A program made the translations under genes and the position numbers. Source: Chthoniobacteraceae bacterium (GTDB lineage Bacteria > Verrucomicrobiota > Verrucomicrobiia > Chthoniobacterales > Chthoniobacteraceae). From it: a DNA stretch of 17,519 nt. The notes beneath the pieces are model-generated. The model saw only the letters and a list, made by a program, of their open reading frames with translations, ran no database searches and was not told the origin of the DNA. Positions 1 to 8,081 of the stretch are shown piece by piece. Numbering within the stretch: the first letter of the stretch is position 1; each line of letters opens with the position of its first letter. Location: contig JANNXQ010000024.1 of the NCBI GenBank assembly GCA_031409655.1, positions 1-17,519 of the forward strand, given 5' to 3'.

Positions 1-169
1 CGTGCGTCGTCACGCCGTCGCCGATGCTCGCCGCGGCGAAGTTCAGTTTCTCGACCGAGCGACTGGCGATGAGCACTTGCGCGCCCTGCACGGCCGCAGC
101 TTTCGCAATGGCGAAACCCATTCCGGAACTGCCGCCGATGACGATGACTTTGGAATTCTGGAGTGACAT
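1..169 (-). CDS. Short-chain dehydrogenase/reductase (SDR), 5' part only; runs off the window edge
   Basis: Not in the ORF track. Manual translation from ATG at 169 gives MSLQNSKVIVIGGSSGMGFAIAKAAAVQGAQVLIASRSVEKL..., with the SDR Rossmann motif GGSSGMG (GxxxGxG) and the beta2 strand 'VLIASRS'. Confidence 0.9.
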   Translation of the reverse strand, partial: MSLQNSKVIVIGGSSGMGFAIAKAAAVQGAQVLIASRSVEKLNFAAASIGDGVTTH

Positions 170-204
170 GGACACGGCGGCGTTTGGTTTGCGGGATTAC
201 GACT

Positions 205-1161
205 TCAATGTGGAGGAAGATGCAATTCGATGCCGTAGCGCGGTGCGGCCGCGATCAGCCGTGCGATCTCCTGCGGGTCCACCGCAGGCGCGCGGGTGGC
301 CTCCGGCCAGGGGCGACCGACTTCGCGGAACAACGCCTCGCCCCCGCCCGGCGCAATCACGATCAACATCTCGACGGGCTCCGCCGTCTCGTTCTTAAAC
401 CAATGCCGGCTCCCGCGCGGCAGGATGATGAGACTGCCGGGACCCGCCTCCGCGCGCTGGCCGTCGTCGTAGGCCGCCAGCGTGCCACGGAGGATGTAGA
501 AAGCCTCCTCCTCACGGGTATGCAGATGCGGCGGCGGACCACCGCCGGGGAAGACCGTGCCATGCCAGACGGCGTAGCGTCCGCCGGTGTCCGCACTGGT
601 GGCGAGGAAGCGATAGACATCGCCGACCACCGCCACGCTCTCGCCCTCGCCGGGCTGGCGCACGGTGATCTGCGGTGCCTGCTGGAACAGCTCGGCCGCC
701 GGAGCGAGGTCGATGCCGAAGGCCGGCCCCGCGCGCAACATGCGCTCGTGGATGTCCGGCGGCGAGGGAGGAAACGGACCGTCCGGTCCCGGTGCAGGCA
801 GGCTCACCGCGAGCTGGAAGTCATCGAAGCCCGACGGCGCGCAGATCACCAGCAGCTCGGTGTCCGCGTCCGATTCATTCTTGGGAAAGTGCCCGACGCC
901 TCCGCGGATATTGATGAATCCACCGGCGCGCACGGTCACCGATTCATTGCCGGCCACGAAGCGCGCCTCGCCGCGCAACACATAGAAGCCTTCGTCGAAA
1001 GTGTGCGCATGCGGCGGCGCCCCGCCCCCGGGTGCCAGCACGCCACGCGAGATCGTGTGCGTGCCAGCAGTCTCGCTGCCGAGCGCTAGGATCTGGCCGG
1101 GAATGCCGTGAAAGGACAACCAGGCACCGGCACGGGGACCGACGATGGAGACGTGACTCAT
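205..1161 (-). CDS. Two-domain cupin (bicupin), quercetin 2,3-dioxygenase-like, 318 aa
   Basis: C-terminal part of track ORF 205..2319; likely start ATG 1161 (MSHVSIVGP...), 20 bp after the RND stop. Two cupin repeats, each with a 3-His-1-Glu metal motif: GGGAPPHAHTFDEGFYVLRGE...GVGHFPKN and GGGPPPHLHTREEEAFYILRGT...GSRHWFKN. Confidence 0.85.
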   Translation of the reverse strand: MSHVSIVGPRAGAWLSFHGIPGQILALGSETAGTHTISRGVLAPGGGAPPHAHTFDEGFYVLRGEARFVAGNESVTVRAGGFINIRGGVGHFPKNESDADTELLVICAPSGFDDFQLAVSLPAPGPDGPFPPSPPDIHERMLRAGPAFGIDLAPAAELFQQAPQITVRQPGEGESVAVVGDVYRFLATSADTGGRYAVWHGTVFPGGGPPPHLHTREEEAFYILRGTLAAYDDGQRAEAGPGSLIILPRGSRHWFKNETAEPVEMLIVIAPGGGEALFREVGRPWPEATRAPAVDPQEIARLIAAAPRYGIELHLPPH

Positions 1162-1181
1162 GGGAATGGAATGCGGCTGGT

Positions 1182-4100
1182 TTAAGAGGGGACTGCGGGG
1201 GCCGCCGCACTCGCGGGCTGGGAACCGGCCTTGGAATTCTCCGCTTCCGGTTTCGCGCTCCGCTCCTTCAAGCGCATGATGACGACGTAGAAGACGGGCG
1301 TAAGGAAGAGGCCGAAGATCGTCACGCCGAGCATCCCGAAGAAGACGGCGGTGCCGAGCGCCTGCCTCATCTCGGCACCGGCGCCGGTGCCGAGGACCAG
1401 CGGGAGCACGCCGAGGATGAAGGCGAAGCTCGTCATCAGGATCGGACGGAGGCGCAGTTTGCTGGCTTCCACCGCGGCCTCGAAGCGGCTCTTCCCGTCG
1501 CGTTTCTGAATCTGCTGCGCAAACTCGACGATGAGGATGGCGTTTTTGCAGGCGAGTCCGACGAGCACGACGAAGCCGATCTGCGTGAAGATGTTGTTGT
1601 CCATGTCGCGCAGCCAGACGCCGCCGATGGCGCTGAGCAGACACATCGGCACGATCAGGATGATGGCCAGCGGCAGCGCCCAGCTCTCGTATTGCGCGGC
1701 CAGGACGAGGAAGACGAAGAGCACGCAGAGCGGAAAAATGTACAGCGCGGCGTTGCCGGCGAGCTTTTGCTGGAGCGCGAGTTCGGTCCACTCGGTGCTG
1801 AAACTCGTGGGCAGGTTTTCTTTCGCCAGTCGCTCGACGGTCGCGAGCGCCTGGCCGGTGCTGAAGCCGGGCGCGGGCGCTCCATTCAGATCGGCGGCGG
1901 GGAACATGTTGTAGCGCACGATTTTGTCCGCGCCGCTGGTCTCGCGCACCGTGGCCACGCTGCCGAGTGGGACCATGCCGCCGGCGGCATTGCGCGTCTT
2001 GAGCTGGCGGATGTCCTCGGGCTGGAGACGGAACTGCGCGTCGGCCTGCGCAATCACGCGATAGGTGCGGCCGGAGAGGTTGAAGTCGTTCACGTAGCTC
2101 GAACCGAGATACGTCTGCAGCGTGCCGAAGATATTGCTCAGCGGCACGTCCATCGTCTTCGCTTTTACGCGATCCACATCGAGCCACATCTGCGGCACGT
2201 TCGCGCGGAAGGTGGTGAGGTTGCCGGCGAGCTCGGGCGTCTGGTTGGCCTTTATCATCATGCCGAAGGCCTGGCCTTGCAGCTCGTCGAGGCCGGCGTT
2301 GCCGCGGTCCTGAATCCACATCTTGTACCCACCCGCATTGCCGATGCCGCTGACCGGCGGCGGCGGGAAGACACCCACGAAGGCTTCGGGAATCTCCGCC
2401 GTGAAACGCTGCTGCAACGCGCCGATGATCGCACCCATCTGCTGCTCGGCGGACTTCCGCTCTTGGTAGTCTTTGAAGGGGAGAAAGATCGTGCCCGTGT
2501 TCGGCTGATTGCCACCGAGGAGGTTGAAGCCGGTGAGTTCGATGGTCGCGAGGATGCCCGGCACTTCGCGCGCGATTTTGCCCATGCGATCGATCACCTC
2601 CTGCGTCCGGTCGATGCTCGACGCGTCGGGGAGCTGCGCGAAGGCGACGATGTAGCCGCGATCCTGCGTGGGCAGGAAGCCGCTGGGCACGGCCTTGAAG
2701 CCGAGCGCGGTCAGGGCGAGCAGGCCGGCATAGAAAAGGAGCACGATCGCGGCGAGGCGGGTGAGGCGTCCGACGACATTGCCGTAAGTCTCGGAAGCGC
2801 GCGTGAAGACCTTATTGAAGCCGCGGAAGAACCAGCCAAACAAACCGTCGAGCAGGCGCTGGAACCAATCCTTCTTCGCGCCGCGCGGCTGGAGCAGGAT
2901 CGCTCCGAGTGCAGGCGAAAGCGTGAGCGAATTGAGCGCGGAGATCGCGGTCGAGACGGCGATGGTCAGCGCGAACTGGCGGAAGAATTCCCCAGTGATG
3001 CCCGTCATGAAAGCGGTGGGCACAAAGACCGCGCCGAGCACCAGCGCCACGGCCACGACCGGCCCGCTCACTTCATCCATCGCCTTGCGCGCGGCGTCGC
3101 GCGGGGCCAGCCCGTTCGCGATGTGATGCTCGATGTTTTCCACCACCACGATGGCGTCATCGACCACGATGCCGATCGCGAGCACGAGGCCAAAGAGCGA
3201 GAGGTTGTTGATCGAGAAACCGAACGCCGCCATCGCCGCGAAGGTGCCGATGAGCGAGACCGGCACGGCGATGAGTGGGATGATCGTCGCGCGCCAGCCT
3301 TGCAGGAAGACGAGCACGACGATGACCACGAGCGCGATGGCCTCGAAGAGCGTCTTCTGCACCTCGTGGATCGACTGCCGCACCGAGATCGTCGGGTCAT
3401 AGACGACCGCGTAGTCGAGCCCCGGCGGGAACCTCTTCTTCAACTCCTCCATCTTCGCCCGCACCGCATCGGAGGTAGCGATGGCGTTCGAGCCGGGCCG
3501 CTGGAAGATGCCGATGCCGGTGGAAGGTTTGCCACTGAGCTTGCTGTTGATCGTGTAATCGCGGGCCGCCAGCTCCACCCGCGCCACGTCTCTCACGCGC
3601 GTGATCGCACCATCCGCGCCCGTCTTGATCACGATGTCCGCGAACTCCTTCTCATCCGCCAGCCGCCCCTGCGTGCTCACCGTGAACTGAAACGCGCTCG
3701 CGCCCTTCGGCGTCGGAGGCGCGCCGAGGATACCCGCGGCGACCTGCACATTCTGCTCCTGCATCGCGGCGACGACTTCCTGCGCGGTGAGATTCCGCGC
3801 CGCGACTTTGTTCGGATCGAGCCAGACCCGCATCGCATACTCGCGTGCGCCGAAGACCTGGATGTCGCCCACGCCGTCGAGTCGAGCGAGTTCGTCGCGC
3901 ACCTGGAGGAAGGCGTAGTTACTGGTGAAAAGGGAGTCGAGCGAGCCGTCGGGCGAAACCAGATTCACGACCATGGTGATATCCGGCGACTGCTTCTTCG
4001 TGGTCACGCCGTTGCGCCGCACTTCCTCCGGGAGCACCGGCTCGGCGATGGCCACGCGGTTTTGCACGAGCACCTGCGCGTTATCCAGATCGGTGCCGAG

Positions 4101-4391
4101 CTTGAACGTGACGGTCAGCGTCATGTTCCCGTCGCTGGTCGATTGCGAGGACATGTAGAGCATGTTCTCGACGCCATTGACCTGCTGCTCGATCGGCGTG
4201 GCCACGGTCTCCGCGACGACCTTGGCATTCGCGCCGGGGTAATTCGTCGAGACCTGGACCGTCGGCGGCGCGATCTCCGGGTACTGCGCGATCGGTAACG
4301 TCGCCAGTGCGATCGCGCCGACCAGCGTGATGACGATCGAGATCACGCCCGCGAAGATCGGCCGGTCGATGAAGAAGTGGCTGAAGTTCAT
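1182..4391 (-). CDS. HAE1-family RND efflux permease (MexF/OqxB/BpeF-like), pump B, 1069 aa
   Basis: Start at ATG 4391 (MNFSHFFIDRPIFAGVISIVI). Proton-relay motifs GIVVDDAIVVVEN, GLACKNAILIVEFA and RLRPILMTS, plus AQYESW. The upstream in-frame extension in the track is only translated repeat sequence. Confidence 0.96.
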   Translation of the reverse strand: MNFSHFFIDRPIFAGVISIVITLVGAIALATLPIAQYPEIAPPTVQVSTNYPGANAKVVAETVATPIEQQVNGVENMLYMSSQSTSDGNMTLTVTFKLGTDLDNAQVLVQNRVAIAEPVLPEEVRRNGVTTKKQSPDITMVVNLVSPDGSLDSLFTSNYAFLQVRDELARLDGVGDIQVFGAREYAMRVWLDPNKVAARNLTAQEVVAAMQEQNVQVAAGILGAPPTPKGASAFQFTVSTQGRLADEKEFADIVIKTGADGAITRVRDVARVELAARDYTINSKLSGKPSTGIGIFQRPGSNAIATSDAVRAKMEELKKRFPPGLDYAVVYDPTISVRQSIHEVQKTLFEAIALVVIVVLVFLQGWRATIIPLIAVPVSLIGTFAAMAAFGFSINNLSLFGLVLAIGIVVDDAIVVVENIEHHIANGLAPRDAARKAMDEVSGPVVAVALVLGAVFVPTAFMTGITGEFFRQFALTIAVSTAISALNSLTLSPALGAILLQPRGAKKDWFQRLLDGLFGWFFRGFNKVFTRASETYGNVVGRLTRLAAIVLLFYAGLLALTALGFKAVPSGFLPTQDRGYIVAFAQLPDASSIDRTQEVIDRMGKIAREVPGILATIELTGFNLLGGNQPNTGTIFLPFKDYQERKSAEQQMGAIIGALQQRFTAEIPEAFVGVFPPPPVSGIGNAGGYKMWIQDRGNAGLDELQGQAFGMMIKANQTPELAGNLTTFRANVPQMWLDVDRVKAKTMDVPLSNIFGTLQTYLGSSYVNDFNLSGRTYRVIAQADAQFRLQPEDIRQLKTRNAAGGMVPLGSVATVRETSGADKIVRYNMFPAADLNGAPAPGFSTGQALATVERLAKENLPTSFSTEWTELALQQKLAGNAALYIFPLCVLFVFLVLAAQYESWALPLAIILIVPMCLLSAIGGVWLRDMDNNIFTQIGFVVLVGLACKNAILIVEFAQQIQKRDGKSRFEAAVEASKLRLRPILMTSFAFILGVLPLVLGTGAGAEMRQALGTAVFFGMLGVTIFGLFLTPVFYVVIMRLKERSAKPEAENSKAGSQPASAAAPAVPS

Positions 4392-4410
4392 GACGCGCGC
4401 GGCGGCGAAC

Positions 4411-4616
4411 TCCGGGTACCATACGCGTCCCGCGTGTTGGTTTCGGCGTCCCGCCGAAACGAACTTCCGAAGACGTGCGTCTCGACAAGAACTCCGCACA
4501 TGGAAGACCCGCCGGCATGTTCTCCGGGCGCGGAGCTCCTGCCGATTCGATCGCCGCAGAAAGTCCGTCGCGGCGGGACGCCGCGACCAACACGCGGGAC
4601 GCGTATGGTACCCGGA
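4411..4616. repeat. REPIN/MITE-like inverted-repeat element: 56-bp arms (4411-4466 and 4561-4616) around a 94-bp degenerate palindromic spacer
   Basis: Left arm TCCGGGTACCATACGCGTCCCGCGTGTTGGTTTCGGCGTCCCGCCGAAACGAACTT matches the reverse complement of the right arm at 51/56 positions, the first 31 perfectly. Each arm contains two TCC-loop hairpins. Confidence 0.9.
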
Positions 4617-4617
4617 C

Positions 4618-5760
4618 TCACCGCCCTCCCTCCGCTGGCACTGGCTGCACCGGGATCCCCGGCTGGAGCATCTGCAAGCGCGTCGCCACCACCTGCTCCC
4701 CCGCCTTCAAGCCCTCGCGCACGATCCGAAGGCCATCGGTGATCGTCCCCGTCTGCAGATTCCGCCGCTCGATCGTTTTGTCCGCCTTCACCACGTACAC
4801 AAACTTCACCCCCTGCTGCGAACTGATGGCGCTGTCGGGAATCAGCACGGCATTCGATTTGTCCCCGCCCGGAATGCGCATCCGCACGAAGAAGCCCGGG
4901 GTGATGAAAGCATTCCAGCTCTTGAAGACCGCGCGCGCCCGCAGTGTGCCGGTATTCGCGTCGAGCCGATTGTCCACAAAGTCGATCGTGCCCTCGTGCG
5001 GAAAGCCCGTTTCATTCGCGAGCTGGATAAAGGCCGGGATCGTTGCCTCACGGGCCGACGCGCGTTTCCCTTCGTCGCGCAGCTTCAGATACTTGAGAAT
5101 ACTGTTCTCGTCCGCGTCCACATACACGTAGATCGGGTCGATGGAGACGACGGTCGTCAGCACGTTGTCCAAACCCCCGCCGGACTGCACGAGGTTGCCG
5201 ACGGTCACGCGCTCATTGCTCACCCGCCCGTCGATCGGCGATTTGATTTCGGTGAATTCGATATTCAGCGCCGCCGCATCCTTTGCCGCCTTGGCCGAGC
5301 GCACCGCCGCCTCCGCCTGCCGAAAGGCTGCCGACTTCTGGTCGAACTCCTCTGCCGAACTGATGTTCTTCGCGCGCAGTTCTCCCGCTCGCTTGAAGTC
5401 GATCTCCGCCAGTTTCATCAGCGCCTCATTGCGCTCGACCTCCGCCGTCGCGCGCTCGACATCCGCCTGATACGGCCGCGGGTCGATGGTGAAAAGCGGA
5501 TCGCCCTTTTTCACTTCCTTGCCCGCCTGGAAATGAATCTTCGTGAGATACCCAGTGACGCGCGGACGAATCTCCACCGACTCCACGGCCTCCGTGCGCC
5601 CCGTGAATTCATCCCACTCGATGACTTCTTTTTCGATCGCCGTGATCACATTCACCGGCAGCGGTCCCTGCGGCGGCAGTGCGGCCTGCTTGGGTTTGCA
5701 CCCGACAAAGGTGGCGATGGCCCCGGCGCAAAAAAGCGCGCGCAGTAGTTTTTGTTTCAT
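4618..5760 (-). CDS. RND periplasmic adaptor (membrane fusion protein, MexE/OqxA-like), lipoprotein, 380 aa
   Basis: Start ATG 5760, MKQKLLRALFCAGAIATFVGC (signal peptide II with lipobox). Motifs EWDEFTGR, VEIRPRVTG, LFTIDPRPYQA and GTLRARA. Lies directly upstream of the RND permease. Confidence 0.95.
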   Translation of the reverse strand: MKQKLLRALFCAGAIATFVGCKPKQAALPPQGPLPVNVITAIEKEVIEWDEFTGRTEAVESVEIRPRVTGYLTKIHFQAGKEVKKGDPLFTIDPRPYQADVERATAEVERNEALMKLAEIDFKRAGELRAKNISSAEEFDQKSAAFRQAEAAVRSAKAAKDAAALNIEFTEIKSPIDGRVSNERVTVGNLVQSGGGLDNVLTTVVSIDPIYVYVDADENSILKYLKLRDEGKRASAREATIPAFIQLANETGFPHEGTIDFVDNRLDANTGTLRARAVFKSWNAFITPGFFVRMRIPGGDKSNAVLIPDSAISSQQGVKFVYVVKADKTIERRNLQTGTITDGLRIVREGLKAGEQVVATRLQMLQPGIPVQPVPAEGGR

Positions 5761-5798
5761 GGTGTGGATGGGTCCATTCCCGACGAGGCTCATCAATA

Positions 5799-6827
5799 TC
5801 ATGCGGAGTCGTCGCCGACCGCGATCACGATCTTCCCAAAATGCGCCGCACTCTCCATGTGCGCGAAGGCAGCGCGAGTTTCGGCGAAGGGGAAGACGCG
5901 ATCGACGATCGGACGGATCGCGTGCGCGGTGAGAAAGGCATTCAGCGCTTCGAAGTCCGCGCGGGAGCCGACGTAGATGCCGTCGATCCGGGCATTGCGG
6001 GCGACGAGCGGAAAGAGGCTCGCGTCCGGCGCGCCGAAGCCAGTGAGCACGCCGATGAGTGCGATCTGTCCACCGGCGGCGACGGAGTTCATCGACTTGC
6101 CGAGGGTGCCGGGGCCGCCGACTTCGACGACGTGATCCACGCCGCGCTTCTCCGTGAGCCGCCACACTTCCTGATCCCAGTCCGGCGTGGTGCGGTAGTT
6201 GATCGTCGCCCACGCACCGAGGGCGCGAGCGCGCGCGAGCTTCTCATCGCTGCTCGAGGTGATGAGCACGCGCGCGCCCGCAGCGGTGGCGAGTTGCAGC
6301 GCGAAGACGGAGACGCCGCCGGTGCCGAGCGCGAGCACGGTCGCACCGGCGCGCAGTCCACCGCGCGTGAAGAGCGCCTGCCACGCCGTGACCGCCGCGC
6401 ACGGCAGGCACGCGGCTTCCTCAAACGAAAGCTGCGCCGGGATCGGAACCCACGCGTGCTCCGGCAGCGCGACATGCTCACGCAGCATCCCGTGGATCGA
6501 ACCGCCGCTCGCCGCTTTGTGGTAGCTGGTGTCGAACGGCCCGCCGATCCAGTCGCGGAAGAAGATCCCCATCACGCGATCTCCGACTTGGTGTTTCGTG
6601 ACGCCCTCGCCGATGGCCACGACTTCGCCCGCGCCATCGGAACACGGCACGAGCGGCGGCGGCAGATTGCCGGGTCGCGCGCTCTTCACCGTGCCGAGGT
6701 CGCGATAGTTCAGCGACACCGCGCGAATGCGCACGAGCACTTCACCCGCGGCGAGTTGCGGCTCCGGCCAATCGACCAGCGCGAGGCCGTCGAGGGTGCC
6801 GTGTTCTTGGATGGTCCAGGCTTTCAT
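5799..6827 (-). CDS. Medium-chain dehydrogenase/reductase, zinc-independent (quinone oxidoreductase-like) NAD(P)H oxidoreductase, 342 aa
   Basis: AVSLNYRD, PCSDGAGEV, LPCAAVTAWQAL and GTGGVS motifs with C-terminal HFGKIVI. Lacks the GHE motif and the four-Cys structural Zn site. Confidence 0.88.
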   Translation of the reverse strand: MKAWTIQEHGTLDGLALVDWPEPQLAAGEVLVRIRAVSLNYRDLGTVKSARPGNLPPPLVPCSDGAGEVVAIGEGVTKHQVGDRVMGIFFRDWIGGPFDTSYHKAASGGSIHGMLREHVALPEHAWVPIPAQLSFEEAACLPCAAVTAWQALFTRGGLRAGATVLALGTGGVSVFALQLATAAGARVLITSSSDEKLARARALGAWATINYRTTPDWDQEVWRLTEKRGVDHVVEVGGPGTLGKSMNSVAAGGQIALIGVLTGFGAPDASLFPLVARNARIDGIYVGSRADFEALNAFLTAHAIRPIVDRVFPFAETRAAFAHMESAAHFGKIVIAVGDDSA

Positions 6828-6837
6828 GGGAGTGAGT

Positions 6838-6964
6838 GTAGTAGCGCAGGCTTCCAGCCTGTGGTTGTCGCGCAGGCATCCCTGCCTGCACTCGGCGGAG
6901 CCGAGCCTTCTCGCAGGCTGGAAGCCTGCGCGACAACCACAGGCAAGGATGCCTGCGCTACTAC
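6838..6964. repeat. REP doublet (REPIN-like): two 52-bp inverted arms (6838-6889 and 6913-6964), each with two REP hairpins, and a small central hairpin
   Basis: GTAG-headed unit GTAGCGCAGGCTTCCAGCCTGT; four GCAGGC-loop-GCCTG(C/T) palindromes; central CTCGGC-GGA-GCCGAG at 6891-6905. Fills the gap between the DUF5069 and MDR genes. Confidence 0.9.
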
Positions 6965-6965
6965 G

Positions 6966-7412
6966 CTACGCCTTGCCGCCGTAGGTCACGTAGTCGTCGA
7001 GGTCGAGCAGGTCGGCCCACGACTGGATGTCGGTGCGCTGCGGGCCGGCGGCTTTCAGCATTTCGTCGAAGTACTCGCGCGAGTCGGCGTCCGGGCCGCG
7101 CTTGGATTGCTCGTCGGACCACGCCTCGATTTCGGCGGCGGTGGGTTTGTTCGACTGATGCGCTTTGATCCATTCGAGGATGTCGTGGTCGCCTTTGCCG
7201 GTCGCGAGTTCGGTGCGCAGGGCTTCGGGATCGACGCCGAGGAAGCTGAGGATGCGCTGATCGAGCGGGCAGTTGTAGTGAAACTCGCCATTCTTGCCGG
7301 CGATTTCGGCGCGGCCTTTGTCGAGCATGCGCGGCAGGAGGACGTAGCCGCCAAGGCGGGTGCGGGTGCTGCGCGGAGGGCGTTGGGTGAGGTCGATGTG
7401 TGGGATCGTCAT
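6966..7412 (-). CDS. DUF5069-like protein of unknown function, 148 aa
   Basis: DLTQRPPRS..RLGGYVLLPRMLDKGRA...GEFHYNCPLDQ..L.FLG and C-terminal WADLLDLDD resemble the DUF5069 family (recognised from memory, not searched). Starts 12 bp after the nitroreductase stop. Confidence 0.75.
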   Translation of the reverse strand: MTIPHIDLTQRPPRSTRTRLGGYVLLPRMLDKGRAEIAGKNGEFHYNCPLDQRILSFLGVDPEALRTELATGKGDHDILEWIKAHQSNKPTAAEIEAWSDEQSKRGPDADSREYFDEMLKAAGPQRTDIQSWADLLDLDDYVTYGGKA

Positions 7413-7424
7413 GGTGGAATGTGG

Positions 7425-8081
7425 TTAAATGTGGAGGATCGATTCGCTCGCGGGGAAGCGGACCTTTGGCAGCGCAGAGTATTTATCGTCCGCGGAGCGA
7501 AAACCAGCCGCGCACGCAACGGCGGCATGGTAACCCTGCGCGGGAAGGTTGAGAATGGCGTCGTATTTATCCGGCTCGAAACCTTCCATCGGACACGTAT
7601 CGATGCCGAGCAGGGCCGCGGCGGTCATGAAGTTACCGAGCGCGATGTAGGCTTGGTTCGTTGCCCAATCGAGCGCCTTCTGACCGCGCGGACCATGCAC
7701 GACATCGGCGACGAGCATCTTTTTGAAGACAGCCTGCGCTTCGATACTGCTACCCCGCACTTCGGCGATGCGGGCCATGTAGTGATCCACTTCAGCTTCG
7801 GTGTTTTTCACCCGCGCGGCAAAGACGACATAGTGCGAGCAATCCACCGGTTGCTTTTGTCCCCACGAGACGGGCACGAGTTGCTCGCGAATCGCCGGAT
7901 CGTCGATCACGAGGAACTTGATTGGCTGAAAGCCATAGCTCGTTGGCGTGAGGATCAGCGCTTGCTCGAGCGCCTGCCAGGTGGCGGCGGGGATCTTCTT
8001 CGTGGAGTCGAACTTCTTCGTGGCGTAGCGCCACTGGAGTTGTTGGAGCAGGGTGTCGGTGGAGACGGGTTGGGTGGTCAT
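7425..8081 (-). CDS. FMN-dependent NAD(P)H nitroreductase, NfsB-like, 218 aa
   Basis: Start ATG 8081 overlaps the AKR stop (ATGA, 8078-8081). Motifs WRYATKKFD, LTPTSYGFQP, QAYIALG and GIDTCPMEGF, with C-terminal LPKVRF. Confidence 0.92.
   Translation of the reverse strand: MTTQPVSTDTLLQQLQWRYATKKFDSTKKIPAATWQALEQALILTPTSYGFQPIKFLVIDDPAIREQLVPVSWGQKQPVDCSHYVVFAARVKNTEAEVDHYMARIAEVRGSSIEAQAVFKKMLVADVVHGPRGQKALDWATNQAYIALGNFMTAAALLGIDTCPMEGFEPDKYDAILNLPAQGYHAAVACAAGFRSADDKYSALPKVRFPASESILHI

Noticed and set aside
1162..2319. N-terminal extension of the cupin ORF (704 aa in the track), and similar extensions of the adaptor, nitroreductase and glycosylase ORFs
   Set aside because: Arg/Pro-rich off-frame overlaps with upstream genes. 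Real starts lie just after or overlap the upstream stops, and there is no sign of a programmed frameshift or fusion.
1032..4298. 1088-aa + strand ORF
   Set aside because: Antisense shadow of RND permease B; no recognisable motifs, and long stop-free antisense frames are expected from high-GC codon bias.
4409..4619. ACTC direct repeat at both ends of the element as a possible target-site duplication
   Set aside because: Only 4 bp and it overlaps the inverted arms asymmetrically; cannot be supported without an empty-site comparison.
4377..4742. Small ORFs across the inverted-repeat element, and the 36-aa extension of the RND start to 4499
   Set aside because: Translations of repeat DNA; the same peptide appears on both strands because of the palindrome.
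6838..6964. CRISPR array or intrinsic terminator reading of the repeats
   Set aside because: Units are inverted, there are no unique spacers of regular length, no cas genes and no U tract.
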